Virus record (IMG/VR): IMGVR_UViG_3300012933_000109 | Location: 1 to 41,573 of that record | Reading direction: 5' to 3' (one strand) | From: a virus | Taxonomy: Duplodnaviria > Caudoviricetes | Length of the DNA: 41,573 nt | Shown: in pieces, positions 33,117 through 40,533 of the stretch | Numbering within the stretch: the stretch's first letter is position 1 | Layout: each line of letters starts with the position of its first letter | Program-made: the position numbers and the translations under genes | The notes under the pieces: generated by a model | Seen by the model: the letters and a program-made list of their open reading frames with translations, nothing else | The model's database searches: none | Told to the model about the DNA's origin: nothing

Positions 33117-33592
33117 ATATTCCTAACGTACTCTTTCACAAAGGCGAGCTGATCCACTGGGAAGTGTCCATGCTCCGCCTCATACTTGCTTTGCTCAATC
33201 GTGTCAGCACGCATCATGGCGGCTTCGAGTGAGTGCATGCCGAACTGTGCCATGACACAGCCCACATGAATGTGCCCTAGCTCTACCTCGTCAACGAGAA
33301 TCGTCTCAGCGTACAAAGCTAGGTGCAGCATATCGTGCCAGAAACGAAACGCATAATTGTCGTTGGCAGTAATGTAAATTGTGTTATCACTGCAACCATC
33401 CCAAATTGGAAAGGGCGTGGCGTGAATGATGCAGTGGCGGTAAGCACGCTGCATTTCTGGCAGTGTCTCTGGCGCTCGTGGGTCAGGCCTCCATGAAAGG
33501 GCAAAGCGCCGCTCCATTTGTTGTGCCTTAGTGCACACGAAACTAGACAAGTGCCAGCGTGCTGCATTAAACTCAGATTCTGTGAACTTCAT
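33113..33592 (-). CDS. Hypothetical early protein with an NxxFRxxHDxxH motif
   Basis: 159 aa; AAGGAGG RBS; NYAFRFWHDMLH...DE putative metal site. Confidence 0.8.
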   Translation of the reverse strand: MKFTESEFNAARWHLSSFVCTKAQQMERRFALSWRPDPRAPETLPEMQRAYRHCIIHATPFPIWDGCSDNTIYITANDNYAFRFWHDMLHLALYAETILVDEVELGHIHVGCVMAQFGMHSLEAAMMRADTIEQSKYEAEHGHFPVDQLAFVKEYVRNM

Positions 33593-33952
33593 AGTTCCTC
33601 CTTATGAACAAGTGGCAGCAGTAAGCCCGCATGTGCTTCGCCCTTGGCGAATCTACGTTTGTCGCTTGGCGTACTGCTCCCAGTTGCTCACCACCCGCCC
33701 CTAAGACTTGGTGAACAAAAGGCCATCATTTGATTTGGTATGAGACGTGGTATGAGACAGTCCACTTCTTTGGCGTTGTGCCGTGATCCTTCGCAAAAGT
33801 TGACGCACTGTTTTCACAGATACGCCCACCTTTGCCCCCGCACTTCGAACCGCTCATGGTTAATAAAAAAGAGGGCAAAAGGTCAGAGCTATATCACACA
33901 GCCGCCCGACGAGCGACCTCCCCTTGATGGCGTGATATAAAGCGTTCCTACG

Positions 33953-34000
33953 CGCTTTCAAGAGACACCTATGCCGTGACATAGGAATCTCCAGAAAACG
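33953..34000 (-). promoter_or_regulatory. RNase III-like processing stem
   Basis: 22-position stem with two U-U mismatches and a 4-nt loop: CGTTTTCTGGAGATTCCTATGT-CACG-GCATAGGTGTCTCTTGAAAGCG. Lies between early genes, as T7 RNase III sites do. Confidence 0.65.
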
Positions 34001-34030
34001 GCCAGAAACCGGGTTTTAATCGTTTCTGGC
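34001..34030 (-). other. 9-bp perfect stem-loop right after the first large early gene (pause or weak terminator)
   Basis: GCCAGAAAC...GTTTCTGGC followed by CGTTTTCT. Confidence 0.45.
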
Positions 34031-34036
34031 TTGGTT

Positions 34037-34546
34037 TTACATTGCCGCTTCTGGTGCGTCTACATGGTTGACCATGCTTGGCACATCAGATTCAGGAATC
34101 CCAACAGCCATGGCGAGCGCTTTCAACTGCTCGGTTGTGGCTGTAGTGGTGCCCTTGGCGGCTTTGGCGAGAACGTGACGAATGGCCTTCTGCAAGTCAA
34201 AGACTTGGTCAGGCGCTTTATCAGGCTTGTGGTCGTACCACTTGTCCTGTGCAGCGGCGAGCGCATCAGTGCGCTTTTCACGGTCAAAGACAAAGGGTTG
34301 CTCGGCCTTTGACTCTTTGTTGACGTTAGGTGACAATGCACCATAGGCCAACAGCCACGAAGCCATGGCTTGCTTACGTGCGCCCTTAGGCAACGCAATG
34401 TACAAACGATTCACCACGCCTGTGTCTTTGTGCTCGGCGAAGTGCTCAAGCACGGACACACCTGTGTCTTGAATGAGAATGTCGAGCTTAGCACCACTGC
34501 GGGCGATGGATTCGATGGCTTTGTTGATTTCAGAGATAGTTTTCAT
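34037..34546 (-). CDS. First large early protein (hypothetical)
   Basis: 169 aa; AAGG RBS; I..I...G..LD..IQ...H...H.D...ALPKG.R...W and WYD.KP pattern that I recognise from early genes of related phages. Confidence 0.85.
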   Translation of the reverse strand: MKTISEINKAIESIARSGAKLDILIQDTGVSVLEHFAEHKDTGVVNRLYIALPKGARKQAMASWLLAYGALSPNVNKESKAEQPFVFDREKRTDALAAAQDKWYDHKPDKAPDQVFDLQKAIRHVLAKAAKGTTTATTEQLKALAMAVGIPESDVPSMVNHVDAPEAAM

Positions 34547-34572
34547 AGGATTAACCTTGCGATTAGCCTGCG

Positions 34573-34623
34573 AAATTGCAGGCCATAGCCCACAGATAAA
34601 CCATGGGCTACAGTCTGAAATTT
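34573..34623 (-). promoter_or_regulatory. RNase III-like processing stem upstream of the first large early gene
   Basis: AAATTTCAGACTGTAGCCCA...TGGGCTATGGCCTGCAATTT pairs at 18 of 20 positions, counting G-U. Confidence 0.65.
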
Positions 34624-34980
34624 ATAGCCAGCTATAGATGCGAGAACTCCTCATCCCCAACTGTATAAACGAAGTCCCACCCACACGCCCACAGTATCTT
34701 GCACCTGTGGCGTATAAGCACGCATCGCTATTCTTGGCCCACAATTGCACCGTCCCATCACACCCAACCATCACGCAAAGTTGCCCATGCGTGGCGATTA
34801 AATGCTACTCTAAGGCGCAGGAAACCAAATCCAGCTCTATAGCATCACGGCAGGCCCATAGCCTCGCCTCGTGGTATTGTGCCAACTGCACCCACGCAAA
34901 GAACAGAATCTAACAGATACGCATGCAAAGCCTAAGCCATGCGGCGAATCAATCAGGCGTTAAGATTAACGCTTGTGGCA

Positions 34981-35456
34981 CATTGTACCACAGTTTGCAG
35001 AGCCTAAGCCCTGCGAGCTTTGCGGTATCGCTACCGCTTAGCATGCTGCCATTGTATCACAATTTCAGCGCCTTGCTTAGCTACACATTCAACCTTGACG
35101 GCTGTGTAATTCTTGGCTGTAGTCCCTGAGCCAACAGGATGCACCACAGTTGCAAAGCATGGCTACATTGTAGCACAGTTTAAACACACTGCAAAGGCGA
35201 TAAGCCTTTACGCTGTATTCAATCAGAATTGAACGCTTAGCAGTATACCACAGATTGTAGCCACTGCCACCATGCACCCATTGTAAATAGCTGCCTCTGT
35301 AATTTCCTTGATTGTCATATCAACCTTTCATTGTTGTTGACTGCATTGTAGCACAGTTTAAAACCTTACAGATAGTGCGCTCGCTTCGCTCACTGCCTGC
35401 CATTCTCTGTAGTCACTGTGCCTTGTAGCTCAGTGCATGGTTTGCATTGTAGCACA
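34981..35456 (-). promoter_or_regulatory. Cluster of six host sigma70 extended -10 promoters (early promoters)
   Basis: TGTG-N-TACAAT at 34981-34992, 35050-35061, 35166-35177, 35344-35355 and 35445-35456, and TGTG-G-TATACT at 35241-35252; all point into the early genes. Confidence 0.8.
35223..35318 (-). CDS. Putative first gene: 31-aa hydrophobic peptide
   Basis: MTIKEITEAAIYNGCMVAVATICGILLSVQF; GAAAGG RBS just downstream of the promoter at 35344. Confidence 0.55.
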   Translation of the reverse strand: MTIKEITEAAIYNGCMVAVATICGILLSVQF

Positions 35457-35474
35457 TTCATTCTTACAGATAGC

Positions 35475-35730
35475 TGACTGTGTTGTCATTGTCCATTGTC
35501 TGTAGTGTGTCTGTCTATCCATCACTGTGCTTAGTGCTGTAGTGTTGACTGTGAGCTGTGCATTGTCTGTGCTTTGCTGTGGTGTTGCTACTGTCTGCAC
35601 TGTGGTGTGGCTGTGGTCTCTGCATCCATTGTGACTGTGTGTTGTCTGTGGCTTCGGGCTCTGCCCAGTATGTGCACTGTGTCTGCTGTGGTGTGCGCTG
35701 TGGTGTCTGTGTGGTGTGTGGTGTGGTTCT
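35475..35730. repeat. Low-complexity TG-rich short-repeat tract (CTGTG / TGTGG units)
   Basis: Many degenerate CTGTG, TGTGG and GTGT units with strong strand skew and no credible ORF. Confidence 0.7.
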
Positions 35731-35780
35731 GACCTTCGGTCTCTGCTTAATAGATACGGTGAACCCGTGCCTATGCAGTA

Positions 35781-35865
35781 TAGCGTTATATGTACTCATA
35801 CTGTGATTGCATACAGTACAGCCAGTGCATGGTGTGCATCTAGCGTTATATGGTCTCATACTGTG
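35781..35865 (-). promoter_or_regulatory. Two 25-nt direct repeats (60-nt period) containing phage-promoter-like cores
   Basis: TAGCGTTATATG(TA/GT)CTCATACTGTG at 35781-35805 and 35841-35865; both share CATATAACGC (minus strand) with the late promoters. Confidence 0.6.
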
Positions 35866-35899
35866 TGCATTTACAGTAATACTATGTGATGTATTAGCC

Positions 35900-36250
35900 C
35901 GCATAGCCTGCGCAAATCAATCAGAAATAGATAGAGCACGCATGCGCACAGTATCCATGCACGCACAATAGCCCGCCACGCCCTTATAAGGCCCCTAGAA
36001 GCCGCTCAAATAGCCCAGCAATAGCAGCACAGCCACGGCATGCAAGCACGCGCTGTAGGGCCTGAGATTCTGCGCTCATGGATAGCCCAGCCAAGCCCTG
36101 ATCTACCGCGCACGCGCACGCATACACGCGCATGTGCGCCCGCGCTACGCGCCCGTGGACATACCCGCATGGGGGAGCGGGCACGCGCATCGGATCGGAG
36201 GTACCCCCGCGCTTATGCTACCCAAATTTAGGTCGCTATCACGGCTTAAC
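35900..36250. other. Probable genome-end / terminal-repeat region (collapsed in assembly)
   Basis: Non-coding gap between the last late gene and the early promoters, with an alternating GC-rich tract (36105-36190) and a GGGGG...CCCCC element. Exact termini cannot be determined from sequence alone. Confidence 0.5.
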
Positions 36251-36258
36251 GCTAAGCA

Positions 36259-36648
36259 TTACGCACGAATGCGGTAGCCATACAGACTAATAGCAGCGCC
36301 GGTATTACCTGCACCAAAGGCTGGTACGCTAACAGTAATGGCGGTGTTCGCTGCTGAGGCAGGAATACCATTAGGCCAGTCAGGACTCCACGCTGTGTTA
36401 GGTGCGTTAGTATTAACGCCAGCGGGTACGGCCAAACGTAGGTTAGGGCCAGCAGTACCACAGCCAGTAGTGGTCACATCAATAGCAGAAGCGGCTGTTG
36501 CACCAGTGCCAGTGATCTTAAAGCCACGTAAGACGTTAAGGTAGCCGGGCACAGCGGGCATCACTGCGTTCATTGCAGTGTTGGCGACTACACCCACGTT
36601 GATGTTTACAGCTACTGCATCTGCGGGTAAGCCAAATTTGTCAGTCAT
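36259..36648 (-). CDS. Last late gene: 129-aa beta-rich protein, possibly structural
   Basis: Real start is the ATG at 36648 (MTDKFGLPAD...) with AAGGA RBS; G/A/T/V/N-rich, ending ISLYGYRIRA. Confidence 0.7.
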   Translation of the reverse strand: MTDKFGLPADAVAVNINVGVVANTAMNAVMPAVPGYLNVLRGFKITGTGATAASAIDVTTTGCGTAGPNLRLAVPAGVNTNAPNTAWSPDWPNGIPASAANTAITVSVPAFGAGNTGAAISLYGYRIRA

Positions 36649-36649
36649 G

Positions 36650-36910
36650 TTAATCCTTTGCCCACTCACGTAGAGCGGCTTTATTGTTGTTACAGTTACG
36701 GAGAGCCAAACGGAGCTGGCCCACGTAGGACACAAGCTCACCATTGGTTGTTACCCCATTGGGGGATGGCTCAGTGCAATCTTGCAGGAGGCCAGCGGGA
36801 GGTAAATCGCGCTGTTGAACCTTGATGTACTCAGTGCTTCCGCAGCCAGTCAACGACAGGAGTAGGGACAGGTACGCCAGCCCACTCAGGAGCCAGCTTA
36901 ATCGCCTCAT
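36650..36910 (-). CDS. Rz1: o-spanin (outer-membrane lipoprotein)
   Basis: Start ATG at 36910; signal peptide with LTG-C lipobox; PP..LL.DC..P...TNGEL...L..CN motif; overlaps the 3' end of the i-spanin. Confidence 0.88.
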   Translation of the reverse strand: MRRLSWLLSGLAYLSLLLSLTGCGSTEYIKVQQRDLPPAGLLQDCTEPSPNGVTTNGELVSYVGQLRLALRNCNNNKAALREWAKD

Positions 36911-37157
36911 TTTCTGCGGTGATTGAGGCGCGTAATCGCCGCATGCTGTCTTCGTGCTGCGCAGCTTGGAGCTGGGCCACACGTTCAAGCCGCTTTGCCG
37001 ATTGTTCTTGGGCATCTAGGGCCTCCTTTTGGTCACGGATGACACCAGACTGTCGATCAATCACGATAGCCGCTTGTGCGGCCTTCTGGTGCATCCATGA
37101 TGCGTACCCAGCGCACGCCAAACAGAGGGCGCACAGGGCGGTTATGATGTATTTCAC
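36831..37157 (-). CDS. Rz: i-spanin
   Basis: GTG at 37157 overlapping the GNAT stop; N-terminal TM, coiled coil, C-terminal WAGVPVPTPVVDWL. Confidence 0.88.
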   Translation of the reverse strand: MKYIITALCALCLACAGYASWMHQKAAQAAIVIDRQSGVIRDQKEALDAQEQSAKRLERVAQLQAAQHEDSMRRLRASITAENEAIKLAPEWAGVPVPTPVVDWLRKH

Positions 37158-37567
37158 AGGTTTACTTTCCAGTATAGGCCGTCTGCCCAACCCCATTTGA
37201 AGTTAGGCGTGTAAAGCCGGAAACCAGCGCGTATAAGGCCATTGGCCGAGCGCGTATTCCAGTTGGCTGTGTCCGTTATGCAGGTTCGCATGCCAGCCTT
37301 GCGCATGGCCTTGAAGGCTGCACGCAGGAGGCGGGGATATAAGCGGTTGCCCTCATGTTCAGGCAGAGTGCCCGCACGTTTGAGGTACCAGCAGTCGGTA
37401 TAGCGATACATGACTATGAACGCCACAGGCTCATGGTCGTTAAACGCAAGCCAGTACAGGCTTTGCGGTTCATCGTCGATAGGCTCATCACCCGGAAGAC
37501 ATGCCTTCTGCAAGTCGTGTATTGCTGCGCTATATGGACTGGCCTTTACTGTATATCTCTTAGACAT
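37154..37567 (-). CDS. GNAT-family N-acetyltransferase
   Basis: 137 aa; YWLAF...PVAF, YLKRAGTLPEHEGNRLYPRLL (acetyl-CoA loop variant), N.RSAN.LIRAGFRLY. Confidence 0.82.
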   Translation of the reverse strand: MSKRYTVKASPYSAAIHDLQKACLPGDEPIDDEPQSLYWLAFNDHEPVAFIVMYRYTDCWYLKRAGTLPEHEGNRLYPRLLRAAFKAMRKAGMRTCITDTANWNTRSANGLIRAGFRLYTPNFKWGWADGLYWKVNL

Positions 37568-38013
37568 AGGGCATTCTCGTCACGGCGGCGCTTGGTTAGC
37601 CCAGCCAGCTTGACTGCCCCGGCGTAATCCCAGCGAAGTAGTTGACTGCAAGCGCCAATGTGGTCGCCAGCGTTGAGTTTCTTGAGTAATGTGGACTTAG
37701 CTAAGTTGCCTCGCCCCACATTGAAGGTAAAACTCGTGTAAGCATCAAGCTCACCCTGAGTTAAAGGCACCTTAGCTAAATCAAGCACGGCATCAGCAGC
37801 CTCACGTGCATCAGCAGCGAGAAGCTCTAGGCACTGTTGGTCAGTGCGCCATTGTCCACGAGCTGCCGTGGCCGTGTGACCATAACAGATTGTCGGGACA
37901 CCCCACCCGTAGGCAGGGTCTTGATAAGCGGTGTTACTTTTACCTTCGTGAGTGGCGATAAAGCCAAGCCCGGCTACGCTCACCACAAGGGCTGCAAGTC
38001 GGGCTTTACTCAT
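37546..38013 (-). CDS. Endolysin, GH24 lysozyme, possibly SAR type
   Basis: HEG...AYQD...VPTICYGHT catalytic E/D/T; SFTFNVG, STLLKKLNAG and GLTKRR..E..LC motifs; Gly/Ala-rich hydrophobic N-terminus. Confidence 0.93.
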   Translation of the reverse strand: MSKARLAALVVSVAGLGFIATHEGKSNTAYQDPAYGWGVPTICYGHTATAARGQWRTDQQCLELLAADAREAADAVLDLAKVPLTQGELDAYTSFTFNVGRGNLAKSTLLKKLNAGDHIGACSQLLRWDYAGAVKLAGLTKRRRDENALCLRDIQ

Positions 38014-38507
38014 TAGGCGTTGTTAGTCACGGACTGAGCAGTGAACGTAGCCAGCAAGTTGCCGGATGTGTCACGCACGCCGTTGGTACCGGGCTGTGTG
38101 TACGCCACGGTGATGGCAGACGCGCTGAACGCAGTGGTGCTGGTGAGCACAACAGTGTTGCCCACCACGGACACAGCAGCCACAGGGCCACCTTGCGACA
38201 ATGTGAAGGCAGAAGCCGCAGGCACGACAGTCGCATCCAAGCCTTCGCTCAATGTGATGGTCAATGTCTTAGGTGCAGCAGCACGGTTCACAACAGCCGA
38301 CACAAAGGTAGGCAGCACGCTATCTACGAAGGCAGCGACAGCCGCAACGCAGGCGTTGAAGAATGTGGTCAAGCTCTTGGCTTGTTCAGTCTTGCCACCT
38401 TTGAGGTCAGCCATGACTTCGGTGTAGCTGATTGCCTTGACACATTGCTTTTGCAATTCAAGGCCAGAGCCGATAAAGCCGGGAGAAGGGAGTGCATCGT
38501 ATTTCAT
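38013..38507 (-). CDS. Putative virion protein: small helical N-terminal domain fused to a SwmB-like Ig-fold repeat
   Basis: C-terminal ~100 aa: D...PTFVSA.V...TLTITLSE.LD...PA.SAFT...V.V.GNTV.LT...ITVAYT.P...RD.SGN....F....VTN. Confidence 0.7.
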   Translation of the reverse strand: MKYDALPSPGFIGSGLELQKQCVKAISYTEVMADLKGGKTEQAKSLTTFFNACVAAVAAFVDSVLPTFVSAVVNRAAAPKTLTITLSEGLDATVVPAASAFTLSQGGPVAAVSVVGNTVVLTSTTAFSASAITVAYTQPGTNGVRDTSGNLLATFTAQSVTNNA

Positions 38508-38509
38508 AT

Positions 38510-40270
38510 TTACTTTCTGTATTTGGCAAAGAGGCCTTTGCGCGTTGAGGGAACACCATAGCGGGTGTGGTTGAGTGGGTCGCGGATAAGCTCAGCGTAT
38601 TCTTTGTCACGCTGACGCTTGACCGCATCATCTTGGTTCTGTTGGAGTAACGCCTGCCAGTAACGCACTGCGCCTTCAAGGGCATCAGCACGGTCATCAT
38701 GGACTAGGGCATTCCGTTCGCGTGTCATCTTCGCAAGTTGATGAAACAAACTGTACTGCATGCGCAACGCCGGAGCGTACCTGTTGCAGTCCTCAATATC
38801 ACGTTCGATGATTGACTCATTCACGATCAATGCACCTCGTCCAATTACTGGCTCCAAGGTGTTAATGATCCGCTGTTCTTTCTGTCCGTGTACCATGTCG
38901 TCTTCGACGGCACACTTATGCACTTTGTGTAGTACGGGTAAGAACACTTCACGGAATGCACCGTAGCCCATGTTCTTTTCAATGATGATTGTGTTGGGCT
39001 TCCAAATAGCCACGCGCTTTGCAAGTTCTTCGAGTACGGTGAGAGAGTAACCACCGGGCAACCCGCCTATGTCTAGGAGGTACACGTTGCCATTGAGGAA
39101 ACCAGTGACAGCGTAAGCCGTCTCGTCACCGTTAATACCGCCGCCCGCAGGATCAATATAGCAAATGATCCCTTGGAACTGAGCAGTCTCAGGAGAAAGC
39201 TCGTGAGGTGTTGACACCTTAAAACCAAACGTGTGAACGTGGTAATCACGAAGCGAGGCTCCACCAAAACCACGCACAACAGTCATAGGCATGCGCGACT
39301 GCACAGCCATCACAACAAGTTGTTCGAGTTTCAATGGGTAGCGTAATGCGTCCACCAGTTTGGTGTTCAGCATGTGCTGGAGTTGGAAGTAACTTGTACC
39401 TTGGTCGAGTTCTTTCTTTTGCAGAACGCCCTCATCCATGAGCACGGAGTCAATCGGCTGACCTTGGTCGCCAAGCATACCACCACCAAACGCTAGTTCA
39501 GGGTTCTGCTCAAGCCTGCGCACAATGTACGGGGCCAAGTGCTCGCCATAGTTCTCACGCTGCTTAGGAGTCGGGTAGCGCCCGGGCCAAATGCGGATTG
39601 AAACTCCGCGCCCCGGCAAGGTATTGTAGATCGACTCCATACTCTGAGGCGTACCAAGCCAGATGATCCGGCCTGTCGAACAGATGGAGGTAAAGTCCAA
39701 CGTCAAGTGCATGAGCTGTGCACGCTGCACCGCTGTCATTGAGTTCTTTGTAGATTCAATGTCATCAGCGATGAGCAAGTCTGCACGCTTACCCTGCAAG
39801 TTACCTGTGATACCCACGCAGGCTACGCTTGGTGATTTATCCACACCCTTGAGGGAGTAGTGCACATCGAAGTGCTCCACCGACGAGCGGTCGCCATTGT
39901 TTGTATCAGGTCGCATACACTCAAGTTCATCCATCGTCATAATGATTCGGATGATGAGCGTGCTAATATCACTCGCCTGTGCACCACCCGCCGATAGAAT
40001 CAGGCAGCGTGCACGAGGATTGTGAATGAGAGTCCACACCGCGAACGCTGCGCAGATGGTTGTCTTTGCTTGACCACGCTGCGCCTGCACCATAAGGTAG
40101 TGCGGCCCATGAGCGATATACATCGCAATGTCGTGTTGGATTTCAGTTGTGCTGAAACCTAAGAGGTGCATCACCTCCTCAAGAAAAGGGATGAACTCGC
40201 GGTAGTGCTTCTGCACCACTTCGAGTTTGCGCCACCGCAGCAGCGCGTTCTGTGTAGACTCGCGTGCCAT
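38510..40270 (-). CDS. terL: Terminase large subunit
   Basis: 586 aa; AQRGQAKT Walker A, RADLLIADDIE Walker B, LGTPQ, nuclease IDPAGGG..GDET and HDDRADA. Confidence 0.96.
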   Translation of the reverse strand: MARESTQNALLRWRKLEVVQKHYREFIPFLEEVMHLLGFSTTEIQHDIAMYIAHGPHYLMVQAQRGQAKTTICAAFAVWTLIHNPRARCLILSAGGAQASDISTLIIRIIMTMDELECMRPDTNNGDRSSVEHFDVHYSLKGVDKSPSVACVGITGNLQGKRADLLIADDIESTKNSMTAVQRAQLMHLTLDFTSICSTGRIIWLGTPQSMESIYNTLPGRGVSIRIWPGRYPTPKQRENYGEHLAPYIVRRLEQNPELAFGGGMLGDQGQPIDSVLMDEGVLQKKELDQGTSYFQLQHMLNTKLVDALRYPLKLEQLVVMAVQSRMPMTVVRGFGGASLRDYHVHTFGFKVSTPHELSPETAQFQGIICYIDPAGGGINGDETAYAVTGFLNGNVYLLDIGGLPGGYSLTVLEELAKRVAIWKPNTIIIEKNMGYGAFREVFLPVLHKVHKCAVEDDMVHGQKEQRIINTLEPVIGRGALIVNESIIERDIEDCNRYAPALRMQYSLFHQLAKMTRERNALVHDDRADALEGAVRYWQALLQQNQDDAVKRQRDKEYAELIRDPLNHTRYGVPSTRKGLFAKYRK

Positions 40271-40533
40271 TAGTGCATACCCTCTGGCATGGCCTCGTGG
40301 AAGTCAGGGAGCACAGGAGGTGAGCGCTTTGCGCGTCGAGCCTCCATGATCTTCTCCAACTCGCCCAAGGCGTTGTCCTCACTTGGAGCACAAGTGATGT
40401 TGTTGTTCTTCAAGAAGCTAATAGCAGCACTGATCTCAGCAGCAGACGCTTCACCACCTTCGATACGTTCGGTAAGGTGAGTGGCGATAGCGTTATGCAA
40501 CGTACTCAGTTGCGACTCAGTTGCCTTTGTCAT
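40270..40533 (-). CDS. terS: Terminase small subunit
   Basis: Start ATG at 40533 (GGAG RBS); KATESQLSTLH...A..ISAAISFLKNNNIT motif; directly precedes terL. Confidence 0.85.
   Translation of the reverse strand: MTKATESQLSTLHNAIATHLTERIEGGEASAAEISAAISFLKNNNITCAPSEDNALGELEKIMEARRAKRSPPVLPDFHEAMPEGMH

Noticed and set aside
33840-33860. tRNA suggested by GGTTCGAA on the minus strand
   Set aside because: No proper 5-bp T stem, D arm, anticodon arm or acceptor stem around it.
33600-34975. Self-cleaving ribozyme or riboswitch in the early non-coding segments
   Set aside because: I found no hammerhead core (CUGANGA…GAAA) or other consensus I could recognise by eye; a covariance-model search is still needed.
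35781-35865. Possible mini-CRISPR array (25-nt repeat, 60-nt period)
   Set aside because: Only two copies, no palindromic stem, no resemblance to CRISPR repeat families I know, similarity extends into the would-be spacer, no cas genes, and the repeat contains the phage promoter core.
35515-35904. 129-aa minus ORF and 82-aa Cys/Val-rich plus ORF
   Set aside because: Products of the low-complexity TG/CA tract, upstream of the early promoters and without an RBS.
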